Shown here piece by piece: positions 12,936 to 22,527 of a stretch of DNA of 64,000 nt. Source of the DNA: an uncultured SAR86 cluster bacterium (GTDB taxonomy: Bacteria; Pseudomonadota; Gammaproteobacteria; Magnimaribacterales; D2472). The stretch lies in the NCBI GenBank assembly GCA_902528875.1, contig CABZTX010000004.1:5070-69069 (forward strand), written 5' to 3'. Numbering within the stretch: the first letter of the stretch is position 1; each line of letters begins with the position of its first letter. The notes under the pieces were generated by a model. It saw only the letters and a program-made list of their open reading frames with translations. It did not search any database and was not told the origin of the DNA. A program made the position numbers and the translations under genes.

Positions 12936-13766
12936 ATGAAGTTAAGAGGTTTTAAAATTGATAATTCGGCTCCAATGACCCTTATGGGCGGTATGAATGT
13001 TCTTGAATCAAGAGATTTAGCTATGATGGTTGCTGAGAAGTTTAGAGAAGTTTCTCAAAAATTAAATATTAGTTACATATTTAAAGGTTCATTCGATAAA
13101 GCAAATAGAAGCTCAATAAATTCTTTTAGGGGTCCAGGAATAGAAGAGGGTCTTAAAATTCTTCAAGAAGTTTCAACAACTTTTGAAGTCCCAGTTATTA
13201 CTGATATCCATGAACCAGATCAAGCAAAAGCAGTCAGTGAGGTTTGTGAAGTAATACAAATTCCTGCTTTTTTAGCAAGACAAACTGATCTTGTAAGTTC
13301 AGCTGCAAAAACCGACTCAATTATACAATTTAAGAAACCTCAGTTTTTATCAGCTCCAGAAATGTCTAACATTATTGAAAAATGTTCAGCAGCAGGTAAT
13401 GATAAAATAATACTATGCGAACGAGGAAACTCATTTGGGTACAACAATCTAGTTGTTGATACTTTAAATTTTCAAATTCTTAAGGAATTATCTAAGCCGG
13501 TTATGTTTGATGTTACTCATTCACTTCAATTACCCGGTGGTCTTGGGAGCGCAACTGGTGGAAGAAGAGAATATGTTTTAAGTTTAGCAAAGGCTGGAAT
13601 ATCTCAATCAATTGCAGGGTTGTTTCTTGAAGCGCACCCTAATCCAGATGAAGCAAAATGTGATGGGCCATGCGCTTTACCTTTGTCAGTTTTAGAAGAA
13701 TTTTTGAAACAAATTGCAGAGCTCGATGAATTTGTTAAAAATCAAGACGATATCGATATAAAATAA
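12936..13766 (+). CDS. kdsA: KDO-8-phosphate synthase
   Basis: [41 protein letters not shown]. Confidence 0.97.
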   Translation: MKLRGFKIDNSAPMTLMGGMNVLESRDLAMMVAEKFREVSQKLNISYIFKGSFDKANRSSINSFRGPGIEEGLKILQEVSTTFEVPVITDIHEPDQAKAVSEVCEVIQIPAFLARQTDLVSSAAKTDSIIQFKKPQFLSAPEMSNIIEKCSAAGNDKIILCERGNSFGYNNLVVDTLNFQILKELSKPVMFDVTHSLQLPGGLGSATGGRREYVLSLAKAGISQSIAGLFLEAHPNPDEAKCDGPCALPLSVLEEFLKQIAELDEFVKNQDDIDIK

Positions 13767-13769
13767 TAG

Positions 13770-15044
13770 ATGCAAAAAATATCTTCAATTAACGCTATTC
13801 AAGTATTTGATTCAAGGGGTGTTCCTACAATATCTTGTAAGGTGAGCCTAGAAGATGGAACTTCAGCTTCTGCTATGGTTCCTAGTGGAGCCTCTACTGG
13901 CTCAAAAGAGGCACTTGAGTTGAGAGATAACGATATTTCATATCATGGAAAAAGTGTGACAAAGGCAGTCAACAATATAAATAATATACTGTCCTCTCTC
14001 GTTATTGGTAAGAATCCAAATAACCAAAAAGAAATTGACGAATTACTCATATCATTTGACGATACAGAGGATAAATCAAAAGTTGGAGCTAATGCAATTT
14101 TAGCTATTTCCCTCGCAACTGCCCATGTAGCTGCAAAAGCCAACAAAGTTTCACTTTATAAACACTTTGCAAAAATATATAAAGATATTACTGGTGAAAA
14201 TGTAGTTCATTGTATGCCTTTACCTATGTTTAATATTCTTAATGGCGGCGAACATGCCGATAATAATATTGATATTCAAGAATTTATGATTATTCCTAGC
14301 GGTGCAAAAAACTTTGTTCAGGTTATGCAATGGGCTACAGAAATTTATCATAATTTAAAGAAAATACTTTTAAAAAACAATTATTCTACAGCGGTCGGTG
14401 ATGAGGGTGGTTTTGCTCCAAGCCTTGAGTCTAATAAAGAAGCATTAAGATTAATTGTTGATGCAATAAAAGAGACAGGATTATTACCAGGTAAAGATGT
14501 AAATATTGCTCTTGATTGTGCTGCAAGCGAGTTTTTTGATGACAACAAATATATTTTAAAAGGAGAAAGTAAGAAACTCTCATCTATGCAATTTGTAGAT
14601 TACTTAGATGATTTAATTCAAAATTATCCTATAGTTTCCATAGAAGACGGCATGGACGAGAATGATAAAGATGGCTGGAAGTTACTTACAGAGAGACTTG
14701 GATCAAAATGTCAGCTTGTCGGAGATGATTTGTTTGTTACTAATAAAAAAATTCTTAAAGATGGTATTAATGAAGCAATGGCCAATTCAATACTTATAAA
14801 ATTTAACCAAGTTGGATCTATAACTGAAACAATAGAAACTATTCATTTCGCAAATCAAAATAATTTTGACTCAATTATTTCTCATCGATCTGGTGAGACT
14901 GAAGATACTACAATAGCTGACCTTGCTGTAGGTTTGGGTATTGGGCAAATCAAAACGGGAGCTCCATGCAGATCAGATAGAGTAGCAAAATACAATAGAT
15001 TGCTTTGGATCGAAGAAGAAAGTAGTAATATTTTGCTTAAATGA
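13770..15044 (+). CDS. eno: enolase
   Basis: DSRG, VPSGASTG, GDEGGFAP, VGDDLFVTN, SHRSGETED, KYNRLL. Confidence 0.98.
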   Translation: MQKISSINAIQVFDSRGVPTISCKVSLEDGTSASAMVPSGASTGSKEALELRDNDISYHGKSVTKAVNNINNILSSLVIGKNPNNQKEIDELLISFDDTEDKSKVGANAILAISLATAHVAAKANKVSLYKHFAKIYKDITGENVVHCMPLPMFNILNGGEHADNNIDIQEFMIIPSGAKNFVQVMQWATEIYHNLKKILLKNNYSTAVGDEGGFAPSLESNKEALRLIVDAIKETGLLPGKDVNIALDCAASEFFDDNKYILKGESKKLSSMQFVDYLDDLIQNYPIVSIEDGMDENDKDGWKLLTERLGSKCQLVGDDLFVTNKKILKDGINEAMANSILIKFNQVGSITETIETIHFANQNNFDSIISHRSGETEDTTIADLAVGLGIGQIKTGAPCRSDRVAKYNRLLWIEEESSNILLK

Positions 15045-15349
15045 TCAGACTCTATTATTTACTTTTGGGTGTTTTAAGTTTAATTATTATTTTTTTATCA
15101 AAGGGTATCTTTTTTGGTGAGAATAGTTACAACAAGAGAGCAGAATTAATTGAGGATAACAAAATACAACAAATTAAAAATGAAGAATTGAAGAAACAAA
15201 ATGAAATTCTTGAATTTGAAATTAAAAATGCTCAAAACTCAAATGATCATATTGAAAATTTCGCAAGGGAAAAATTAAATCTTACCTACAAAGATGAGGA
15301 ATTTATTTCTTTTCAAAGAGAAAATGCAAAAGATGAAAAAAATGAATAA
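15041..15349 (+). CDS. ftsB: cell division protein FtsB (septum formation initiator)
   Basis: N-terminal TM, coiled coil, IENFAREKLNL..DE motif; canonical position after eno. Confidence 0.88.
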   Translation: MIRLYYLLLGVLSLIIIFLSKGIFFGENSYNKRAELIEDNKIQQIKNEELKKQNEILEFEIKNAQNSNDHIENFAREKLNLTYKDEEFISFQRENAKDEKNE

Positions 15350-16469
15350 TTTATTGGTTATTATTGCAGCAGCTGGAACAGGGAAAAGATTTGGTATTAA
15401 CGTCCCTAAACAATATAGCAAATTAAATGGAAAATCAGTTATTGAAAGATCTGTAAGACCATTTATTGACTCAGATAATGTTTCAAAAATAATTATAGCA
15501 ATTTCCAAACATGACTTAGAAATTAAAAATCAAGATTTTTATAATTCAAAAAAAATTGAACTTGTTTTTGGGGGAAATACCAGACAGAAATCAATATTCA
15601 ATGCCCTTATGCATGCTAAAGACAGTTATGATTATGTCATAACACATGATGCAGCCCGTCCAAATGTAATTGAGGATGATATCTTAAATTTATTGCATGA
15701 TATTGAAGAAACTGGAGCAAGTTGTTCCTATCTCTTCACTCCGGTATACGATTCAATCAAAGAAATGTACACTAAAGACAAAAATAAATACCATCTAGTT
15801 CAAACTCCACAGATATCAAAATTCAAGGATCTTAAGCTATCTTTAAAGAAATGTATTGACGAAAATATAGAATGTCCAGATGAGTCTTTTGCCATTGAAT
15901 ATTCAAATTTAAAGACTTCTAAGATTAAAGGCAGAAGATCAAATATTAAGATAACTGAATCCGATGATTTAGATATGTTAAATAAATTTTTAACTAGATC
16001 TGGAATTGGTTTCGATTTACATAAATATAAAGATGGCTCTGGAATAATATTAGGAGGATGTAATATTGATTGTGATTACAAAATAATAGCACATTCAGAT
16101 GGTGATGTATTGCTTCACTCTATAGCTGATTCTATTTTAGGTGCATCAGGAATAGGTGATATTGGTAAGTATTTTTCAGATCAAGATGAAAAAAATAAAA
16201 ATTTAGATAGCACAAAGATTATTAGATTTTGTCTTGATAAACTAAATGAATTAAATCTTGAGATTTATAATGTAGATAGCATCATTATTTGTGAAGAACC
16301 TAAAATTAATCCCCACAGAGATAATATTTTAAAGAGCCTGTCATTAATTTTAGAAATACCGATAGATAAAATAGGCTTAAAAGCAACAACCTCAGAACAA
16401 ATAGGTATTATTGGAAAAAATAAAGCAATCGCTGTTCAAAGTTATGTAAATTTAAGAGAGAAGCAATGA
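15342..16469 (+). CDS. ispDF: bifunctional MEP cytidylyltransferase / MECDP synthase
   Basis: N-terminal AAAGTGKRFG..PKQY, THDAARP, QTPQ, NIKIT; C-terminal GIGFDLH, HSDGDVLLHSIADSILGA, KATTSE. Confidence 0.93.
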   Translation: MNNLLVIIAAAGTGKRFGINVPKQYSKLNGKSVIERSVRPFIDSDNVSKIIIAISKHDLEIKNQDFYNSKKIELVFGGNTRQKSIFNALMHAKDSYDYVITHDAARPNVIEDDILNLLHDIEETGASCSYLFTPVYDSIKEMYTKDKNKYHLVQTPQISKFKDLKLSLKKCIDENIECPDESFAIEYSNLKTSKIKGRRSNIKITESDDLDMLNKFLTRSGIGFDLHKYKDGSGIILGGCNIDCDYKIIAHSDGDVLLHSIADSILGASGIGDIGKYFSDQDEKNKNLDSTKIIRFCLDKLNELNLEIYNVDSIIICEEPKINPHRDNILKSLSLILEIPIDKIGLKATTSEQIGIIGKNKAIAVQSYVNLREKQ

Positions 16470-17221
16470 AAATATTACTTACAAATGATGATGGGTATGA
16501 TGCTGTTAATATAAAAAGTTTATACAAACAGCTTTCTAAAAATCATGAAGTATGGATGATTGCACCTAAAAATAACTGTAGTGGAATGAGCGCAGCTATT
16601 TCATATTTAAGTGAAATAGAGGTCACAAAGATTGAAGACAGAATTTATGCAGTCGATGGTACTCCAGCAGATTGTACATATTTGGGTTTGTTAAGTATTG
16701 TAGACTTTGAGTTTGATATTGTTATTTCTGGTATAAATCATGGTGCAAATATTGGAAATGATGTTTTATATTCTGGAACTGTAGGTGCTGCAATTGGAGG
16801 CAGAAATCTAAAATTTCCACCAGTAGCAATATCAGTAGCTTCTTATGATGCAAAAGATTTAAATTTCCTAACAAATAAATCAGTTGAGTTGATTGAAAAA
16901 ATTTTAAGATATGGTGAAAACCTCAAGGGAAAAGTTATTAATATTAACTTTCCTGATATTTCAGAGGAAGAATACAAAGGATATGTTGCATCGGGCCTAT
17001 CTAAAAGAGGTATACCTGCAAAACCTATTCTTATTGAAGAAAATAAATCACCAAATGATGTATATAAATATAGATATAATGCATCGGGTGAGCCTTTACT
17101 AGACAGCTTTATGACAGATGCAGAAGCGGTTAAAAATGGATTTGTCTCGTTTTCAATTCTTGATTACAGTTTAAACTCTCAGTCTTTTCTTGAAGAAATA
17201 TCAAAATTTTTAGATGAATAG
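16466..17221 (+). CDS. surE: 5'/3'-nucleotidase SurE
   Basis: ILLTNDDG, GTPADC, SGINHGANIG, YSGTVGAA. Confidence 0.96.
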   Translation: MKILLTNDDGYDAVNIKSLYKQLSKNHEVWMIAPKNNCSGMSAAISYLSEIEVTKIEDRIYAVDGTPADCTYLGLLSIVDFEFDIVISGINHGANIGNDVLYSGTVGAAIGGRNLKFPPVAISVASYDAKDLNFLTNKSVELIEKILRYGENLKGKVININFPDISEEEYKGYVASGLSKRGIPAKPILIEENKSPNDVYKYRYNASGEPLLDSFMTDAEAVKNGFVSFSILDYSLNSQSFLEEISKFLDE

Positions 17222-17894
17222 CTCTGGTTTTACATTCAGGAGAGTCAGAGAAGAAATGATTGAAACCCTTTTAGAGTTGGGTATTAAAGATTTCAGAGTT
17301 TTAGATGCAATTTCCCAAGTTCCAAGACACATATTCGTTGATGAAGCGCTATGGTCAAGAGCATATGAAAATAGATCCTTAACTATAGGTTATAAGCAAA
17401 CCATTTCACAACCATATATAGTTGCAAGAATGACAGAGTTATTAATTTCTCACACTCAAGGAAGGGGTAAAGTCTTTGAAGACCTTTTAGAGATTGGTTC
17501 TGGTTGTGGATATCAATCTGCAGTTCTATCTTTCTTTAGCGAAAGAGTTGACTCAATAGAAAGAATCAAACCTCTAGTTCAAAAGTCTAGAGAAAATTTA
17601 GCAAATCTTAAAATCAGCAATATTTTATTTAAATACGGAGATGGTTATCAGGATTGGGATAAGGAAAAAAAGTACGATGGTATTTTATGTGCTGCTGCGC
17701 CAAGAGAATATCCACAAGATCTTATTAATCTTCTCAAAAACGATGCAAAATTAGTAATTCCTGTAGGAGGCTCTGAACAAAAATTAAATGTTATCCTAAA
17801 AGCAAAAGGAGATGAAATAAAAGAACATGAATATGAAGATGTATCTTTTGTGCCAATGCTGGCAGGAAAATCAGATGATGGAAATGATGTATGA
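17214..17894 (+). CDS. pcm: protein-L-isoaspartate O-methyltransferase
   Basis: VPRHIFV, QTISQPYIVA, LEIGSGCGYQSA, GDG, FVPM. Confidence 0.96.
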   Translation: MNSSGFTFRRVREEMIETLLELGIKDFRVLDAISQVPRHIFVDEALWSRAYENRSLTIGYKQTISQPYIVARMTELLISHTQGRGKVFEDLLEIGSGCGYQSAVLSFFSERVDSIERIKPLVQKSRENLANLKISNILFKYGDGYQDWDKEKKYDGILCAAAPREYPQDLINLLKNDAKLVIPVGGSEQKLNVILKAKGDEIKEHEYEDVSFVPMLAGKSDDGNDV

Positions 17895-18631
17895 AAGAGA
17901 AAGCTAGATTCTTTATAGCAGGAATTTTTATTGGTTTGTCAGAATTACTTCCAGGTATATCTGGAGCCACAGTTGCATTAATGTTTGGTGTTTACGAAAA
18001 ATTACTAGATTTTTTAAGAAAATTTAAAAATTCAAATCTCATACTTCCTCTTTTATTTGGCATGATTTTGAGTGTATTTTTATTTTCTTCTTTAATTGAT
18101 TTTTTATATCAGAGCTTTACTAATACATTTAATATTTTAATTGCCATCCTAATGGTGGGATATGGAATTTTTTTAGTTATAAATACATTCATCAATAGAG
18201 ACATAAATAAGGGTAAATCATTTTATGTATGCATTATATTTTCCATATTGATTGGATTTTCATTGAGTGGATTTTATATTTCAGGTGCATATCCTCCTGA
18301 AGGTCCTTTTATGCCATCTTCAGTTGCCTTAATTTTATTTGGTTTTTTTGCATGTTCATTCCTACTTTTTCCTGGAATTTCAGGGAGCGCTTTTTTATTA
18401 GCTGTTGGCATCTACCCACTAATAATTGGAAGTATTTCAGGTTTAAACATTGAGATTTTATTCCCTTTTTTAATTGGAATGATTATTTCATTAATTCTTA
18501 TGCCAAGATTAATCAATAAAGCTTACATAAGATTTGGAAATATGATGCTAGTATTCTTTGGAGGATTAATCTTTGCTGCAGGCATTGACAGCCTAATATC
18601 AATAATAGTGCCTAACTCGGAAGTATATTAG
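17891..18631 (+). CDS. DUF368 family membrane protein (putative undecaprenyl-phosphate translocase)
   Basis: Two PGISG repeats (LLPGISGATVA, LFPGISGSAFLL) in a multi-TM protein. Confidence 0.85.
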   Translation: MKEKARFFIAGIFIGLSELLPGISGATVALMFGVYEKLLDFLRKFKNSNLILPLLFGMILSVFLFSSLIDFLYQSFTNTFNILIAILMVGYGIFLVINTFINRDINKGKSFYVCIIFSILIGFSLSGFYISGAYPPEGPFMPSSVALILFGFFACSFLLFPGISGSAFLLAVGIYPLIIGSISGLNIEILFPFLIGMIISLILMPRLINKAYIRFGNMMLVFFGGLIFAAGIDSLISIIVPNSEVY

Positions 18632-18643
18632 ATTGTTTTTTTA

Positions 18644-19249
18644 TTATTTTAAAGTTTTGATTTGAACATCCAAGAATTTATTCTTTTGAAGAAATTCCAT
18701 AATTTTCATTGCCCATTCGTGATATGCCTTTCCCTCTACGTTAAGATTGACAATATTATCTTTATTAAGATTATCCAAAAGTGTATTTTCAAAAATTATG
18801 TTATCCATATTAGAAAGTTCATCAATTTTGAATTTTGAATTATTAATAATCATTTCTCCATTATCATAGAGCAATATCGTATTTGAATTTTCACTAGGTG
18901 ATGTTGTTTCACTTTGATTGTTAATACCAATATTTAAAAATTCTCTTTTGTTCTCTAAATCTTTAAAGTGATCAGCATCAGGAAGTGGTTCTTTAGCCTC
19001 GGTTATATTTTCATAAACATCAGCAAGTCTTGCATTTATTTCAACAAATTCGATTTGGTTTGCTGGTAATTCATCATCCGCAAATATTGCTTCAATAGGA
19101 CACTCTGGTTCACAAAGACCACAGTCAATGCATTCATCTGGATGTATTACCAAAAACTCAGGACCTTCATAAAAACAATCCACAGGACAAACCTCTACAC
19201 AGTCTGTGTATTTACATTTTATACATGATTCTGTTACTACGTATGTCAT
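18644..19249 (-). CDS. fdxA: 7Fe ferredoxin (FdxA type) with C-terminal ExbD/TolR-like domain
   Basis: [29 protein letters not shown]...[12 protein letters not shown]; about 95 extra C-terminal residues. Confidence 0.88.
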   Translation of the reverse strand: MTYVVTESCIKCKYTDCVEVCPVDCFYEGPEFLVIHPDECIDCGLCEPECPIEAIFADDELPANQIEFVEINARLADVYENITEAKEPLPDADHFKDLENKREFLNIGINNQSETTSPSENSNTILLYDNGEMIINNSKFKIDELSNMDNIIFENTLLDNLNKDNIVNLNVEGKAYHEWAMKIMEFLQKNKFLDVQIKTLK

Positions 19250-19330
19250 AATTTCTAAAGAATGCAAGATTTTAACCTACTGATGTTTAAATTTACACAA
19301 AACTATTTAAAAAAATGAAAAATTACTATA

Positions 19331-19350
19331 TACTGTATAAATATACAGTA
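19331..19350 (+). promoter_or_regulatory. LexA (SOS) box upstream of recA
   Basis: TACTGTATAAATATACAGTA, one mismatch from TACTG(TA)5CAGTA; overlaps a TATACT -10; SD AAGGAG at 19355-19360. Confidence 0.93.
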
Positions 19351-19366
19351 AATTAAGGAGTCAATT

Positions 19367-20374
19367 ATGCCTAAATCAAAAGACACTACCTCAAAATCAC
19401 TTAAGGATACTCTTGCGGATATAGACAACCATTTCGGAAAGGGAACCGTTATGAGGATGGGTGATCGAGAAAATTTAGATATACCCTCAATTTCAACAGG
19501 ATCCTTAGGTCTCGATATTGCCTTAGGGATTGGTGGTATTCCAAAAGGCAGAGTTACAGAGATATATGGACCTGAATCTTCTGGTAAAACAACATTAACT
19601 CTTCAAATAATTGCTCAATGTCAAAAAGAAGGAGGTACATGTGCTTTCATAGATGCTGAGCATGCTTTAGACCCTCAGTATGCTGAAAAGCTAGGTGTGA
19701 ACGTAGATGAGTTACTTTTATCTCAACCCGATACTGGTGAGCAAGCTTTAGAAGTTGCTGATATGCTTGTAAAGTCTAAAAGTGTAGATTTGGTAATAAT
19801 TGATTCTGTGGCTGCACTTGTACCGAGAGCTGAAATAGAGGGCGAAATGGGTGATCATCATGTTGGTCTCCAAGCTAGACTTATGTCACAAGCACTCAGA
19901 AAAATAACTGGAAATATTCAACGATCTGGTGCGACTGTTGTTTTTATAAATCAAATAAGAATGAAAATAGGAGTGATGTTTGGAAGCCCAGAAACAACAA
20001 CAGGTGGTAATGCTCTTAAATTTTATTCATCAGTTAGGCTTGATATAAGAAGAATTGGTGCCGTAAAAGAAGGTGATGAGGTGATGGGAAATGAAACACG
20101 AGTAAAGGTTGTTAAAAATAAAGTTTCACCACCTTTTAAACAAGCAGAATTTCAAATAATTTATGGTCAGGGAATTAATCAAGAAGGTGAAATTCTTGAT
20201 TATGGAAACAAAATAGGTTTAGTTGATAAGTCTGGCGCATTTTATAAGTTAGACGGTGAAAGTATTGGACAAGGCAAGGTCAAAGCAAGTTTATTTCTTA
20301 AAGAGAACAGCAAAGTTAGAGACAAGTTAGTTAAAGAAATTCGTTCATCATATATTTCCCCTAAAACTAAGTAA
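19367..20374 (+). CDS. recA: recombinase A
   Basis: [46 protein letters not shown]. Confidence 0.99.
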   Translation: MPKSKDTTSKSLKDTLADIDNHFGKGTVMRMGDRENLDIPSISTGSLGLDIALGIGGIPKGRVTEIYGPESSGKTTLTLQIIAQCQKEGGTCAFIDAEHALDPQYAEKLGVNVDELLLSQPDTGEQALEVADMLVKSKSVDLVIIDSVAALVPRAEIEGEMGDHHVGLQARLMSQALRKITGNIQRSGATVVFINQIRMKIGVMFGSPETTTGGNALKFYSSVRLDIRRIGAVKEGDEVMGNETRVKVVKNKVSPPFKQAEFQIIYGQGINQEGEILDYGNKIGLVDKSGAFYKLDGESIGQGKVKASLFLKENSKVRDKLVKEIRSSYISPKTK

Positions 20375-20389
20375 TTAGTTTTTTGATAT

Positions 20390-20425
20390 AATTCCTATTG
20401 ATATTATATTAATAGGAATTTTTTT
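20390..20425 (+). terminator. putative intrinsic terminator after recA
   Basis: AATTCCTATT (20390-20399) / AATAGGAATT (20411-20420) inverted repeat followed by a T-run. Confidence 0.55.
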
Positions 20426-21604
20426 ATGGCAGATAAAGCATATATTGTAGAGGCAGTCAGAACTGCAGGTGGAAAAAAAGATGGCTTGCTGAGCAAATGG
20501 CATCCTTCAGACTTGGGTGCAAAAGTTCTTGATGAAATAGTAAATCGTCTTGAAATGGATCCAGCGCTTGTAGATGACGTTATATTTGGATGTGTTGATC
20601 AAGTTGGTGCTCAATCTGGTAATGTTGCTAGGAATGCTGTTTTGTCGTCATCTTTTCCAGAATCAGTTCCTGGGACTTCTGTTGATAGGCAATGTGGTTC
20701 ATCTCAACAAGCAATACATTTTGCTATACAGGCTGTAATGTCTGGAACCCAAGATATAGTTATAGGTGGTGGTGTTGAAGTAATGTCTTTAGTTCCTATT
20801 GGAGCATCGGTAATCGATGGTATGGATGCTGGTCATGGTTTTCCCTTTGATTCAAATGGAATAAAGGAGAGATATCCTGGAGTATTTTTTTCACAATTTA
20901 CAGGTGCTGAACTAGTTGCAAAAAAATGGAATTTATCAAGAGAAGATTTAGATCAATTCGCGTTGGAAAGTCATCAAAAGGCTGTAATTGCAACTGAATC
21001 AAATTTTTTTGATAAAGAAATACTACCCATCAAAGCAAAAAATGATAAAGGTATTGAAGACTTGGTAATAGTTGATGAGGGTATAAGATTTGATGCGAGT
21101 TTAGACAAATTGGCTGGACTTAAACCAGTTTCAGATGGCGGAGTAATAACAGCTGGTAATGCCAGTCAAATTACAGATGGAGCTGCAGCTGTTTTAATTT
21201 GCAATGAAGAAGGCCTTAAAAAAATTAGTGCTACACCAAGGGCTGAATTAGTATCAATTTCTGTAGTTGGAGATGATCCAGTTTACATGCTTACAGGACC
21301 AATACCCGCATCATTTAAAGCACTAGATACAGCTGGCTTAAGCATAGATGATATGGATATATATGAAGTTAATGAGGCTTTTGCTCCAGTTCCACTAGCT
21401 TGGGCGAATGAATTAAAAGCTGATAGAGCAAAATTAAATGTTAATGGTGGTGCTATGGCTTTAGGACATCCTTTGGGAGCTACTGGAGCAAAGTTGATGA
21501 CCACAATGTTGCATGAACTTGAAAGAAGAAATGGTAAGTATGCGCTTCAAGCTATATGCGAGGGCGGGGGCACAGCTAATGCAACGATTATAAAAAGAGT
21601 TTAA
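20426..21604 (+). CDS. acetyl-CoA C-acyltransferase (thiolase)
   Basis: DRQCGSSQQA (catalytic Cys), NEAF, GHPLGATG, CEGGG. Confidence 0.95.
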   Translation: MADKAYIVEAVRTAGGKKDGLLSKWHPSDLGAKVLDEIVNRLEMDPALVDDVIFGCVDQVGAQSGNVARNAVLSSSFPESVPGTSVDRQCGSSQQAIHFAIQAVMSGTQDIVIGGGVEVMSLVPIGASVIDGMDAGHGFPFDSNGIKERYPGVFFSQFTGAELVAKKWNLSREDLDQFALESHQKAVIATESNFFDKEILPIKAKNDKGIEDLVIVDEGIRFDASLDKLAGLKPVSDGGVITAGNASQITDGAAAVLICNEEGLKKISATPRAELVSISVVGDDPVYMLTGPIPASFKALDTAGLSIDDMDIYEVNEAFAPVPLAWANELKADRAKLNVNGGAMALGHPLGATGAKLMTTMLHELERRNGKYALQAICEGGGTANATIIKRV

Positions 21605-21606
21605 TA

Positions 21607-22329
21607 TTATTTTTCCCAATCAAACTTAGGCAATTCTTTGAATAAATTTCTTAATCCCTCAGACCACTTACTGGAAAGATCTGAGAAAAAAGGTGTCTTG
21701 AATTGAAGATGTTCTTCTTGAGAAATTTGAATGGTGTCTTTTTTATAGACAATTAGATCTATTGGTGGACCCACAGTTAAGTCACTTTTCATAGTAGAAT
21801 CAAATGAAACAAGCGCACATCTTGCTGCATCACCTAAGGAAGTATCGTTTCTGATTAATCTATCTAAAATTGGCTTGCCGTATTTAGTTTCACCTAGTTG
21901 AAAAAAAGGCTTTATTTCTGATGCTCTAATATAATTGCCAACAGGATATACCATCATCAAGTCAGGATCTTGTCCTTGAATTTGACCACCAATTATAAAA
22001 TTAGAACCCAAATGAGTATTAAATGATATGCCATCAGTTTTTGAATGATTCCATGATATTTGTCCAACATAATCAGCAATATCGTCAAAATTTTTACATA
22101 TATTTAAACTATTTAAGGGATTATTTGTATTCAGATCATTTTGTAAAGTTTTATATACATGTTGTGACGTTGATAAGTTTCCTGAGGTAACAATAACTAT
22201 ACATCTATCACCAACCGAATATGAGAACATTTTTTTATAGGTAGAAACATTATCTAATCCTGCATTAGTTCTTGAATCTGATACCATTACAATACCATCA
22301 TCCACTTTCATTCCAACACAATATGTCAT
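21607..22329 (-). CDS. Anbu proteasome-type Ntn peptidase
   Basis: MTYCVG...SDSRTNAG.DN.STYKK gives the Thr1/Asp17/Lys32 triad after Met removal; GNL, GGQI, QLGETKYGKPILDR, VGPPID. Confidence 0.93.
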   Translation of the reverse strand: MTYCVGMKVDDGIVMVSDSRTNAGLDNVSTYKKMFSYSVGDRCIVIVTSGNLSTSQHVYKTLQNDLNTNNPLNSLNICKNFDDIADYVGQISWNHSKTDGISFNTHLGSNFIIGGQIQGQDPDLMMVYPVGNYIRASEIKPFFQLGETKYGKPILDRLIRNDTSLGDAARCALVSFDSTMKSDLTVGPPIDLIVYKKDTIQISQEEHLQFKTPFFSDLSSKWSEGLRNLFKELPKFDWEK

Positions 22330-22413
22330 ATTTTTACTTAATTTATGAAATGACTATTCTATATTTATATAACAAAAAAATACATAATAATCATTATGTT
22401 TCCTGAGTGTCTT

Positions 22414-22422
22414 TGATAAAGT
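22414..22422 (+). promoter_or_regulatory. putative extended -10 promoter for the riboswitch/ATP-grasp transcript
   Basis: TG-A-TAAAGT, ending 7 nt before the first riboswitch nucleotide. Confidence 0.4.
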
Positions 22423-22429
22423 ATATGAA

Positions 22430-22478
22430 CGTTCATCTTTTAATAGAAGACGGAAGTAGGTGAGAGCCGAAGGAACGC
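22430..22478 (+). ncRNA. glutamine riboswitch (glnA RNA motif)
   Basis: CGTTCA-TCTTTT/AAT/AGAAGA-CGGAAGTA-GGT/GAGA/GCC-GAAG-GAACGC: P1 CGTTC:GAACG, P2, E-loop AGUA/GAA, P3 with GNRA loop; matches the glnA motif consensus as I recall it. Confidence 0.88.
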
Positions 22479-22527
22479 GATTCTTAATCTTATCTTATTC
22501 ATTTTCTATTAAGTGTATAAATTTGAA

